DNA of 64,000 nt, from NCBI GenBank assembly GCA_963781585.1, contig CAWAGQ010000004.1, positions 256,001 to 320,000 of the forward strand, written 5' to 3'. Below are positions 28,956-38,465 of the stretch, in pieces. The notes below the pieces were generated by a model. It searched no databases. It saw only the letters and a program-made list of their open reading frames with translations, and was not told where the DNA came from. A program made the position numbers and the translations under genes. Origin of the DNA: an uncultured Gemmatimonadaceae bacterium (GTDB lineage Bacteria > Gemmatimonadota > Gemmatimonadetes > Gemmatimonadales > Gemmatimonadaceae). Within the stretch, counting starts at the first letter, position 1. Every line of letters starts with the position of its first letter.

Positions 28956-29991
28956 ATGATGCGGCGTGCAGGAAAACGGTGGTGCTCGGTCGCGTTCCCG
29001 TCGATAGCGTTGCTGTCAGGGGGGGGGCCCCGGGCCGTCGTGGCCCAGGCGCCGCCGCGCGTTTTCGTGCTCATCGTGACCGGGGCCAGCGGCGAGCCAC
29101 GCTTCGCGACGATGTTTCACGCGCAGGCGATGGCCCTGCGCGCAGCGGCGACCACCCGGCTGGGGGTTCCCGACTCGATGGTGACCTACCTCTCCGAGGA
29201 CCCCGGCCGCGATCCGCGCGCCATCAGCGGCCGCTCAACACGCGAGGGCGTCTCTCAGGCCATCGAGGCCATCGCGTCGCGCGCGCATCCCGGGGACGAC
29301 GTGCTGATCCTCCTGCTCGGTCACGGCAGCGCGCAGAACGACCAGTCCCGATTCAACTTGCCAGGGCCGGACTTGACGGCCGCTGACTTCTCCACCCTGC
29401 TCGGCCGCTTGTCGGCGCAACACCTCGCGTTCGTCGATGCCTCGAGCTCGAAGTGGTGACTTCATCAAGCGCGTCTCCGCCCCGGGACGGATTGTGGTGA
29501 CCGCTACCAAGACGGGGTTCGAGGGCAACGAAACGCTGTTCGGACAGCACTTCGTCGAAGCCTATGCGAAGGATGGCGCCGACACCGACAAGGATGGCCG
29601 CGTTTCCCTCCTCGAGGCATTTCTGTACGCGCGCCGCGAGGTGCAGCGCGAGTACGAGCAGTCGAACCGGCTGCAAACCGAGCACGCCATGCTCGATGAC
29701 GACGGAGACGGCGTGGGCCACGCCGACCCGGGGGACAAGGGCCCCGACGGGCTGTTGGCGCGTTCCTTCTTCCTCGCACCGGCTGGCGGCGTTGCCGCGG
29801 CGCTCGCAGGCGATCCACGGGCCACCGAGCTGTTGAACACGCAGCGGGTTCTGCAGTCCCATATCGATTCGTTGCGGCGCCTCCAGGCCACCATGAAGGA
29901 AGAGGACTATCACGCGGCACTCGATCCGCTGCTCCTGAAGCTGGCCGAAACGACTCAGGCGCTTCGCGCACTCGAGGCGAAGAAGCCGTGA
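28956..29991 (+). CDS. Secreted C13/caspase-fold-like protein, 1-bp frameshift near 29451
   Basis: LILLLGHGS; FVDASSS|SGDFI...IVVTAT; EF-hand-like DTDKDGRVSLLEAF; removing one A joins the two ORFs. Confidence 0.7.
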
Positions 29992-32636
29992 TGCTGCGCC
30001 TGCTACTCCGACTCGTACCCTGCGCCGTCGCCCTCGCGGTGGCGCCGGTGGCATGCGCACAGGAAACCCCCGGCGGTGTGCTGCGCGCGGCGCGTGAGGC
30101 GCTTGGCACCGGACACTACGCCGATGCGGTCACCGCGGCGCGGCGGGCGATGGCCGCGGATAGCGCCGACTCGGCGCCGGTCCGGACACTGGCCGCGGCG
30201 CTCGCCGCGACCGGCAAGTACAGCGAGGCGGAAGACGCCCTCCTCGCCTTCACGACGACGCATCCCCGCAACCCGGATGCCTGGAATGACCTCGGTGAAC
30301 TGCAGCGGACGCGTGGGCGGCTTGCCCAGGCCGAGGCTTCGTTCCGCCGGGCCATCACCGGGTCGGCGCGTGATTCGCTCACCGCCGTGCTGAATCTCGC
30401 CAGACTGCGGTTCGACCGCGGCGAGGTCGATGAGGCGATGCGCGAGTTCGACCGGTTCATCGACATCTACAACAACCGCCGGGCCCATCTCACCGCGAGC
30501 GAACTGGCTGCGGTGGCCGAAGCGTGCCGGTACCTCGGGCGCAACAACCCGGAGCTCTTCAAGGACGCATTGCGGGCATACGATGACGCCATCGCGGCCG
30601 ACTCCGCCGCGCTCGAACCGCGTGTGCGGCTGGCCGAACTTTTCCTGGAGAAGTATCAGCCGGGCGACGCCGAAGCGACCCTGGCGGCGGTGCTGAAGGC
30701 GAATCCGAACCACGCGGGCGCGCTGCTCGTCATGGCGCGCACCCGATACTTCAACGACGGGTCCGACGCCACCCGCTATCTGCAGCGCAGTCTGGAGGTC
30801 AACCCGGTATCGGCGGACGCCCGCGCCTTTTCGGCGCTCCTGCTCATCGATCTCGAGCGCTACGACGAGGCCGCGGAGGAGGCGCGACGCGGGCTGGCGG
30901 TCGATTCCACGGCTCCGGGCCCTTCGATCGCCCTCGCCGCCGCACTGTACTTGAAGGGAGATACAGCCGCGTTCCAGACCGTGATGGCAGAGGTGCACGC
31001 GCGTGAACCCCGATCAGCGGAGGCGGAGGCGACCCTGGCGGAGGTTGCGGCTCGCAACCGGTTGTATGCGGAGGCGGTGGACTTCGCCCGGGCCGCGGTG
31101 GCGCGCGACGGGAAGGCGGCCGGTGCGCTGGCCACGCTGGGAATTAACGCGCTTCGCCTGGGCGACATCCAACAGGCGCGCGACGACCTGGAGCGAGCCT
31201 TCGCGCTCGACCCGTACAACGTCTGGGCCAAGAACACGCTCGACATGCTCGACACGTTCAAGGACTACGCCGACGTGCATACGCCCCGGTTCGAGCTGGT
31301 GATCGAGAACAAGGACGCTCCGGTGATTTCGCTGTACGCCGAGGCGCTGGCCGAACAGGCGTACGATTCGCTCGCCGCGCGCTACCAGTTCCGTCCGGCC
31401 ACGCCGGTGCGTGTGGAGTTCTACCGCAGCCACGACGATTTCTCGGTGCGCACCGTGGGACTCGGCGGGCTGGGAGCGCTGGGTGTCACGTTCGGCCGTG
31501 TGGTGGCAATGGATTCTCCGGCCGCGCGCAAAGTCGGCGAGTTCAACTGGGGCTCCACACTCTGGCACGAGCTGGCCCATGTTTTCACGTTAGGCAGGAG
31601 CGCCAACCGGGTTCCCCGCTGGTTCGCCGAGGGGCTGTCGGTCTACGAGGAGCGTCGCGCGCGCCCGGCATGGGGGGAGGACGCGTCACCGCTCTTCTTC
31701 GCGGCGTACAAGGGTGGCCAGCTGCCGCGGGTGAGCCGGATGAACGACGGGTTCATGCGTCCCGCCTTCCCGGCCCAGGTGGTCCTCTCCTACTACCAGG
31801 CGTCGCTTGTCTGCCAGATGATCGAGGAGGAGCACGGCATCGGCGCCATTCGCGCCATGCTCGACGGGTATCGCAACGGCAGGACCACCGAGCAGTTGTT
31901 CCATGACGTGCTCCGCACCGATCCGGCGGCGTTCGACGACCACTTCGACAACTGGGTCGGCCAGCACTTCGGGCGGGAGCTGGCCAGCGTCAAGCCAATG
32001 GGCCCGCCTGCCCGCGGCGAAGCCGCCGCGCCGTTCACGGTCAGTGGCGACTTCACGGATGCCTTTCGCGAAGGCAATGACCAGCTCAAGGGCGGCCGCG
32101 TAGATGAAGCCATCGCGAGTCTCCGGCGGGCGAAGCAGATGATCCCGGAGTACGCGGACGAGAACGGACCCTACGGGCTGCTGGCGCGCGCGTTCCTCGG
32201 CCGCGGCGACGAGAAGAGCGCGGCCCGGGAGCTCACCGAGCTCACCGCGATCAATGAAGAAGCCTACCAGTCCAACGTGAAACTGGCCGACCTGCTCGAA
32301 GGGCAAGGCGACCTGCGTGGCGCCGCGGCCGCGCTGGACCGGACGGTCTGGATCAACCCGTTCGACCCCGCGATTCATCAGCGGCTGGCGACGCTGGCCG
32401 AGCGGATCCCGGACCGCACCCTCGTGGTGCGGGAGCGGCGCGCGATTCTTGCTCTGGATCCGGTCGACCGGGTCGACGCGCTGTATCAGCTCGCCTTGGC
32501 GTATTCAGAGGCCGGCGACACGGCATCGGCGCGCCGCGAGGTGCTGCGAGCGCTCGAGCTGGCCCCCAATTTCGAGAAGGCGCAGCAACTCCTGCTCAAG
32601 TTGCAGGGTACCGGCGGAAACGGAGGGACGCGATGA
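29988..32636 (+). CDS. TPR-repeat protein with a peptidase MA-like (HExxH) domain
   Basis: Signal peptide, many TPRs, LWHELAHVF...PRWFAEGL. Confidence 0.88.
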   Translation: MMLRLLLRLVPCAVALAVAPVACAQETPGGVLRAAREALGTGHYADAVTAARRAMAADSADSAPVRTLAAALAATGKYSEAEDALLAFTTTHPRNPDAWNDLGELQRTRGRLAQAEASFRRAITGSARDSLTAVLNLARLRFDRGEVDEAMREFDRFIDIYNNRRAHLTASELAAVAEACRYLGRNNPELFKDALRAYDDAIAADSAALEPRVRLAELFLEKYQPGDAEATLAAVLKANPNHAGALLVMARTRYFNDGSDATRYLQRSLEVNPVSADARAFSALLLIDLERYDEAAEEARRGLAVDSTAPGPSIALAAALYLKGDTAAFQTVMAEVHAREPRSAEAEATLAEVAARNRLYAEAVDFARAAVARDGKAAGALATLGINALRLGDIQQARDDLERAFALDPYNVWAKNTLDMLDTFKDYADVHTPRFELVIENKDAPVISLYAEALAEQAYDSLAARYQFRPATPVRVEFYRSHDDFSVRTVGLGGLGALGVTFGRVVAMDSPAARKVGEFNWGSTLWHELAHVFTLGRSANRVPRWFAEGLSVYEERRARPAWGEDASPLFFAAYKGGQLPRVSRMNDGFMRPAFPAQVVLSYYQASLVCQMIEEEHGIGAIRAMLDGYRNGRTTEQLFHDVLRTDPAAFDDHFDNWVGQHFGRELASVKPMGPPARGEAAAPFTVSGDFTDAFREGNDQLKGGRVDEAIASLRRAKQMIPEYADENGPYGLLARAFLGRGDEKSAARELTELTAINEEAYQSNVKLADLLEGQGDLRGAAAALDRTVWINPFDPAIHQRLATLAERIPDRTLVVRERRAILALDPVDRVDALYQLALAYSEAGDTASARREVLRALELAPNFEKAQQLLLKLQGTGGNGGTR

Positions 32637-33436
32637 GGAAACGCGTGGTCGGCACCGTGGCGGCCGGTGCGGTGGTGGCCGCCGTGTCGGCGTTCTCGTC
32701 GTCCCGGCCGGCGGACGCACGCTACTGCTTTGTGCAGCGGGACGACGTGTCGGCGATCGAGAACGGACCGTACGACGGGCGATTCACGTTCTTCCGCGTG
32801 CGATTCGATCCGCTCTCCGGCGGACAGCGATACGGGCGGCGCTTCGACAAGAAATGGGACCACGACACCCCCCGCGCCGAGCGCCACTTCATGAAGATCC
32901 TCGAGGAGATCACGTCCCTCCGTCCCCAGATGGATTGTGGAGCCATCTACGCCTTCGGCGATTCCGAGAGTTACAGGTATCCACTGGCCTACGTGTCCGA
33001 ACCCGGGTTCTGGACGATGAACGAACAGGAGTTGCAGGGAATTCGCGACTACGTGCACAAGGGCGGGTTCATCATCTTCGATGACTTCCAGGGCCCGCAT
33101 TGGAGCAACTTCGAGTTCATGTGGCGGCAGGCCTTCCCCGACCTGGACATTGTGCGGCTCGACGCGACGCATCCGATCTACGACGCGTTCTATCATATCG
33201 GAACGCTCGAGGGGTTCCGCGCTCCGCCCAACAGCAACTATGGGCCGGTGGCGTCGGAATTCTACGGTGCCTACGAGGAGAACGATCCGAAAAAGCGGCT
33301 CGTCATGGTGGCCAACTACAACAACGATCTGGGTGACTATATGGAGTGGTCGGATCAGGGTTGGCTCCCGATCGCGCTGTCGAACGAAGCGTACAAGCTG
33401 ATGGTGAACTACGTTGTGTACTCCATGACGCACTGA
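32633..33436 (+). CDS. DUF4159 domain protein
   Basis: YDGRFTFFR, YPLAYVSEPG, GGFIIFDDF, HPIY, NNDLGD. Confidence 0.82.
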   Translation: MRKRVVGTVAAGAVVAAVSAFSSSRPADARYCFVQRDDVSAIENGPYDGRFTFFRVRFDPLSGGQRYGRRFDKKWDHDTPRAERHFMKILEEITSLRPQMDCGAIYAFGDSESYRYPLAYVSEPGFWTMNEQELQGIRDYVHKGGFIIFDDFQGPHWSNFEFMWRQAFPDLDIVRLDATHPIYDAFYHIGTLEGFRAPPNSNYGPVASEFYGAYEENDPKKRLVMVANYNNDLGDYMEWSDQGWLPIALSNEAYKLMVNYVVYSMTH

Positions 33437-33467
33437 CGTTAAGCCCGACCTGACTCACGGCGGATTC

Positions 33468-34310
33468 ATGCGGAGACGTCGCTCCTTTCATCCCTCGCTC
33501 CCGCCTGCACGGCGCATCCTGTCGGCGGTAGCCGTGCTGGCGTGCCTGGCCGCGGCAGCCCGGGCACAGCGTTTCAGGTTCGGCGGGTCGCCCGTGGAGC
33601 CGGAGGTGCACAACGTACCGTATGATGGCCGATTCACCTTCGCGCGGCTGAAGTTCACCACCGGCGCCGGGGGCTACTACTACCGCGGGCTGCCGGCGTG
33701 GGCGCACGGCTACGGCTATGGCACGCCCGGCGATGTGGAGGTCGCCGGCCGGAACCTGGTGAGCATCCTGCAGGAACTCACCACCGTCGGGCCGCGCCTG
33801 AACGGCAACAACGTCTTCGCCGTGGACGACCCCGAGTTGTGCAAGTACCCGGTCGCGTACCTGGCAGAAGCCGACTACTGGGTGATGTCGGACGCGGAGG
33901 CCGTCTCCCTTCGAGCGTATCTGCAGAAGGGCGGATTCCTCATCTTCGACGACTTCCGTGATGATGGGCGCGACGGCTTCCAGGGGTGGGCGAACTTCGA
34001 GGCGAACATGCGTCGTGTGATTCCCGACGGGCGCTTCATCGACCTCGACCCGTCGTCGCCGATCTTCCATGCGTTCTACGATATCGACTCCTTCGACATC
34101 ATCCCGCAGTACTACGATGCCGGGAAACCCGTCCTGCGCGGCCTGTTCGAGGACAACGATCCGAACAAGCGCATGATCGCGATGATCAACTTCAACACCG
34201 ACGTGTCGAATTTCTGGGAATACTCGGGCGAAGGGTTCCTGCCGATCGAGCTCTCGAACGAGGCGTACAAGCTGGGCGTGAACTACATCGTGTACGGACT
34301 GACTCACTGA
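33468..34310 (+). CDS. DUF4159 domain protein (paralog)
   Basis: YDGRFTFAR, GGFLIFDDF, NEAYKLGVNYIVYGLTH. Confidence 0.82.
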   Translation: MRRRRSFHPSLPPARRILSAVAVLACLAAAARAQRFRFGGSPVEPEVHNVPYDGRFTFARLKFTTGAGGYYYRGLPAWAHGYGYGTPGDVEVAGRNLVSILQELTTVGPRLNGNNVFAVDDPELCKYPVAYLAEADYWVMSDAEAVSLRAYLQKGGFLIFDDFRDDGRDGFQGWANFEANMRRVIPDGRFIDLDPSSPIFHAFYDIDSFDIIPQYYDAGKPVLRGLFEDNDPNKRMIAMINFNTDVSNFWEYSGEGFLPIELSNEAYKLGVNYIVYGLTH

Positions 34311-34322
34311 GTGGGGAGGAGC

Positions 34323-35360
34323 GTGGCTACCAACCTTCAGGAACAGGTGGCGCTCGAGGCGCCGGACGACATCTCGCTGGCCGATCGGCTCCGGACTGGT
34401 CGCGACCAGATCATCAGCGAGTTGAAGAAGCTCATCGTCGGGCAGGAGTCGGTGATCGAGCAGTCCCTGATCGGGCTGTTCGCCGGCGGGAACTGCCTTA
34501 TCGTCGGCGTCCCGGGACTCGCGAAAACGCTCCTTATCCACACCATCGCACAGGTGCTGGATCTCAAGTTCGCGCGCATCCAGTTCACCCCCGACCTGAT
34601 GCCGTCGGACATCACCGGCACCGACATCATTCAGGAGGACGCCCAGACCGGACGCCGCTCCATGACGTTCGTCCCGGGGCCGATCTTCGCGAATATCGTG
34701 CTCGCCGACGAGATCAATCGGACGCCGCCCAAGACCCAGTCCGCGCTGCTGGAAGCCATGCAGGAACATCGGGTGACGGTCCAGGGTCGCACCTACACGC
34801 TCGAGGAACCGTTCTTCGTATTCGCCACCCAGAACCCGATCGAACTGGAAGGCACGTATCCGCTGCCCGAGGCCCAGCTCGACCGGTTCATGTTCCAGAT
34901 CATCATCGATTACTTGCCGGAAGACGAAGAGCTCGATGTCGTGCGGTCGACGACCGCCATCCAGAACTACCGCTTCCAGCACGCTGTCACCGGGGCGGAC
35001 ATCGTGGCGTTTCAGCAACTGGTCCGGCGCGTGCCGATCGCGGAACCGGTTGCCCGCTACGCGGTCCACATTGCCCGGGCCAGCCGCCCGGTGTCTCCCA
35101 CCGCACCCGATTTCATCCGGAAGTGGGTGGCGTACGGTGCCTCGGTGCGGGCGGCGCAGTACCTCGTGCTGGGCGGCAAGGCGCGCGCCCTGATGCACGG
35201 TCGCTATCACGTGAGTTTCGACGATATCCGCGCCTTGGCGCATCCCGTCCTCCGCCATCGACTGCTCACCAACTTCCATGCGCAGTCGGAACGTGTCTCG
35301 ACCGACCAGATCGTTGACCAGCTGCTCGAGGCCGTGCCGACTCCGAAGTCGGGCCTCTGA
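34323..35360 (+). CDS. moxR: MoxR-family AAA+ ATPase
   Basis: GVPGLAKT, RIQFTPDLMPSDITG, DEINRTPPKTQSALLEAM, TYPLPEAQLDRF. Confidence 0.96.
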   Translation: MATNLQEQVALEAPDDISLADRLRTGRDQIISELKKLIVGQESVIEQSLIGLFAGGNCLIVGVPGLAKTLLIHTIAQVLDLKFARIQFTPDLMPSDITGTDIIQEDAQTGRRSMTFVPGPIFANIVLADEINRTPPKTQSALLEAMQEHRVTVQGRTYTLEEPFFVFATQNPIELEGTYPLPEAQLDRFMFQIIIDYLPEDEELDVVRSTTAIQNYRFQHAVTGADIVAFQQLVRRVPIAEPVARYAVHIARASRPVSPTAPDFIRKWVAYGASVRAAQYLVLGGKARALMHGRYHVSFDDIRALAHPVLRHRLLTNFHAQSERVSTDQIVDQLLEAVPTPKSGL

Positions 35361-35395
35361 GTCCGCACCTCACCGCGCGATCCCGCAAGATCCAG

Positions 35396-36358
35396 ATGGC
35401 AGACGACGCCGGCCGCTCCAGCGACTACGCACGCACCGTCGACGCGCACCGCGACGAGATCGGTGTGCCCGGCACGCGGTTCGTCGATCCCCGCGTGCTG
35501 GCGCGCATCGGTAACCTCGAACTGGTGGCACGCGTGGTCGTGGAGGGATTCATCTCGGGACTCCATCGGTCGCCGCACCTCGGCTTCTCCACCGATTTCG
35601 CGGAGCATCGGCCGTACATGCCCGGCGACGACATTCGCCACATGGACTGGAAGCTGTTCGCCCGGACCGATCGCTTCTACCTGAAGGAGTTCGAGGCCGA
35701 TACCAACACGAATTTCCTGATCATCATGGACGTGTCGCGCTCGATGGGCTACGGCACCACCGGGCTCACCAAGCTGGAATACGCGAAGTACGTGGCAGCC
35801 TGTCTGGCGTACTTTTCCCACCACCAGCGCGACCGCGTGGGGTTCGCGTCGATCGATCGCGACATCGTCGAGTACGTGCCACCGTCGGCCAAGCACTTCT
35901 ATCAGGTGCTCCACGCCATCGACCGTGCCGAGGTGCGGGGCGAAGGCGCCATCGGGCTCCCCCTCCACAAGATCTCCGAGAGTCAGCGGCGGCGGAGCAT
36001 GCTGGTGCTGCTCTCGGATCTCTACGAGTCACCGGAGAAGATCCGCGATGCGGTCGGTCCGCTGCGCGACGCCGGCCACGATGTCGTCGTGATGCACGTT
36101 CTCGATCCGGCCGAACTCAACTTCCCATTCGATTCGGCGGCCACCTTCGAGGACCTGGAGAGCCGGGAACGCCTGCCGGTGGTCCCGGCACGGCTCCGGA
36201 GCCGGTACACCGAACTGGTGCGCGAGCACCTCGAGACGCTCGAACGCCTGCTCGGTGAGGGACGCGTCGACTACGTGCTGGTCGATTCGTCCAAGCCGGT
36301 GGACGCTCTGCTGTTCGAATACCTCGTCAGGCGCGAGCGGCTGCGCACGGTGCGCTGA
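35396..36358 (+). CDS. DUF58 (VWA-like) protein
   Basis: GLHRSPHLGFSTDFAEHRPYMPGDDIRHMDWK, DVSRSM. Confidence 0.93.
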   Translation: MADDAGRSSDYARTVDAHRDEIGVPGTRFVDPRVLARIGNLELVARVVVEGFISGLHRSPHLGFSTDFAEHRPYMPGDDIRHMDWKLFARTDRFYLKEFEADTNTNFLIIMDVSRSMGYGTTGLTKLEYAKYVAACLAYFSHHQRDRVGFASIDRDIVEYVPPSAKHFYQVLHAIDRAEVRGEGAIGLPLHKISESQRRRSMLVLLSDLYESPEKIRDAVGPLRDAGHDVVVMHVLDPAELNFPFDSAATFEDLESRERLPVVPARLRSRYTELVREHLETLERLLGEGRVDYVLVDSSKPVDALLFEYLVRRERLRTVR

Positions 36359-38454
36359 TGGGTTTCTCGTTCCTCACCCCGCTGTTCGCGATCGGCGCCG
36401 CCGCCATCGCCGTGCCCATCCTTGTGCACCTGGTGCACAAGGAGCGCAAGGAAGCCACGCCCTTTCCCTCGCTGATGTTCCTGCGGCGCACGCCGTATCA
36501 GCACTCGCGGCGCCAGCGCATCCGCGACTGGTGGCTGTTTGCCCTGCGTGCGCTCGCCGTCCTGCTGCTGGTGGCGGCCTTCTCCCGCCCGGTTTTCAGT
36601 CGCGTCTCGGCCGCCGCGCCGACGCAGGCCGGCGGCCGGGAGGTCGTGCTGCTGGTGGATCAGTCGCTCAGCATGCGCTACCCCGACAGATGGACCCGGG
36701 CCACCGATGCCGCGCACCGGGTGATCGACGGCCTCGGCGTGCGTGACCGGGCCACCATCATCCTGTTCGACGACGCCGCGCATGCCGTCAACGAAGCCAC
36801 GGGAGACCATGCCGTGCTCCGCGCGGCCATCGACTCGGCGCGTCCCACCGACGGGTCCACCCGATACGCGCCGGCGCTGACGCTCGCCAGGCGCATCGTG
36901 GCCGGGTCGCGGCTGCCGAAACGCGAGGTGATGGTCGTCAGCGACTTCCAGCGCTCGGGATGGGACCTGACCGAAGAGGCACGTCTCCCCACGGGCACCG
37001 AAATCGAGACCACCGATGTGGCCCAGGGTGAAGTGCACGACCGCGCCGTGCGGTCCGTGGAGCTCCGGCGGGAAACGTCGGGACGCACCGAACGCATTGC
37101 GGTCAGCGTCCGCGTCTCCAATGCCGGACCGGCGGCGCACGGTGTCGAGGCTCGGCTGGAGGTCGGAGGTCGCACCGTACAGACCTCGCGGTTCGATGTG
37201 GCCGCCGACGCCGGTGGCCTGGTCACTTTTTCGCCGGTGCCCGTGCCCCAGACCCCGCAGCGCGCTGCGGTGCGTCTTGCCCCGGATGTCCTGAAGGATG
37301 ACGACGGCTTTTCGTTCATCCTCGAACGGGCGCCGAGCGTGGGAGTGCTGGTGGTTCAGCCCGCTCAGGCCCCCGCCGACCGCGTCCTCTACCTCCAGCG
37401 CGCCCTCGAGATCGGCGACCGGCCGTCGTTCGATCTCAGCGTCCGAACTGTGACGCAACTGACGCCAAATGACTTTACGGGGAAGAAGGTCGTGATTCTC
37501 AACGACGCCGGCTTCCCGTCGGGCGAGGCCGCGCGACGCCTCGAACGATTCGTACGTGGTGGCGGAGGGCTCATTGTGGCACTTGGCGAGATGTCCGGGC
37601 CACGGTCCTGGCCGGCGGGTGCCCAGAACCTGTTGCCGGCGCCGGTCACCGATCCGATCGATCGCCTGGGCGAAAGGGGCGCCATTCTCGGGTTCATCGA
37701 CCGCAGCCACCCGGCCCTGGCGTTGTTCAGCGCGTCGCGCAGCGGCGATCTCTCGGCCGCGCGGTTTTTCCGCTACCGGCCCATTCCTACCGACAGTGGT
37801 GTGTTGGCGCGCTTCGATGACGGGTCGGCCGCGCTCGCGGAGCGACAGGTCGGTCGCGGCCGCGTACTCGTGTGGGCGTCATCGTTCGATGCGCTCTGGA
37901 ACGACCTGCCAAGGCAGCCGGTGTTTCTGCCCTTCGTGCACCAGCTGGTTCAGTACGGCGCCGGCTACCGGGCGCAGCGCAGTGGTTACGAAGTGGGCGA
38001 TGCGGTGGATCTTTCAGTCGCCGGTTCGGACGCCGCCGTGACGGATACCAGTGTCCACGCCATCCTGAACGAGGCCTTCGTGGCCGTCGCACCGTCAGGT
38101 GCCCGCCTCCGCATCGGAGGCGAAGGGAACCCGAGCGCGCTGCTTCCGCGCGAGGCTGGCATCTATGAGGTGCGACGCGAGGGAGCGCCGGGCGAGTTGC
38201 CGCGCCTCGTCGCGGTCAACCTGGCCTCCCGGGAACTGGAGTTTGCCCGGTTCGACCCGACGCGCCTAACGAACGCGGTCGCGCCGGCACCGGGGGCGAC
38301 AACGAGCGCGGCCCAGACTACCGCCCCAGACCCTGCCGCCCGCGAACGCCAACAGTCGCTTTGGTGGTATCTTTTGCTTATCGTCACCTGTCTGCTCGTT
38401 GGCGAGTCCATACTCGCCGACCGCATTTCACGCCGCCGGCCGGCCGTCAGTTAG
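36358..38454 (+). CDS. BatA N-terminal and VWA domain membrane protein
   Basis: FLTPLF...PILVHL...FPSLMFL; DQSLSM; SDFQ; C-terminal TM. Confidence 0.88.
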   Translation: MGFSFLTPLFAIGAAAIAVPILVHLVHKERKEATPFPSLMFLRRTPYQHSRRQRIRDWWLFALRALAVLLLVAAFSRPVFSRVSAAAPTQAGGREVVLLVDQSLSMRYPDRWTRATDAAHRVIDGLGVRDRATIILFDDAAHAVNEATGDHAVLRAAIDSARPTDGSTRYAPALTLARRIVAGSRLPKREVMVVSDFQRSGWDLTEEARLPTGTEIETTDVAQGEVHDRAVRSVELRRETSGRTERIAVSVRVSNAGPAAHGVEARLEVGGRTVQTSRFDVAADAGGLVTFSPVPVPQTPQRAAVRLAPDVLKDDDGFSFILERAPSVGVLVVQPAQAPADRVLYLQRALEIGDRPSFDLSVRTVTQLTPNDFTGKKVVILNDAGFPSGEAARRLERFVRGGGGLIVALGEMSGPRSWPAGAQNLLPAPVTDPIDRLGERGAILGFIDRSHPALALFSASRSGDLSAARFFRYRPIPTDSGVLARFDDGSAALAERQVGRGRVLVWASSFDALWNDLPRQPVFLPFVHQLVQYGAGYRAQRSGYEVGDAVDLSVAGSDAAVTDTSVHAILNEAFVAVAPSGARLRIGGEGNPSALLPREAGIYEVRREGAPGELPRLVAVNLASRELEFARFDPTRLTNAVAPAPGATTSAAQTTAPDPAARERQQSLWWYLLLIVTCLLVGESILADRISRRRPAVS

Positions 38455-38465
38455 GAGCAGCGACC

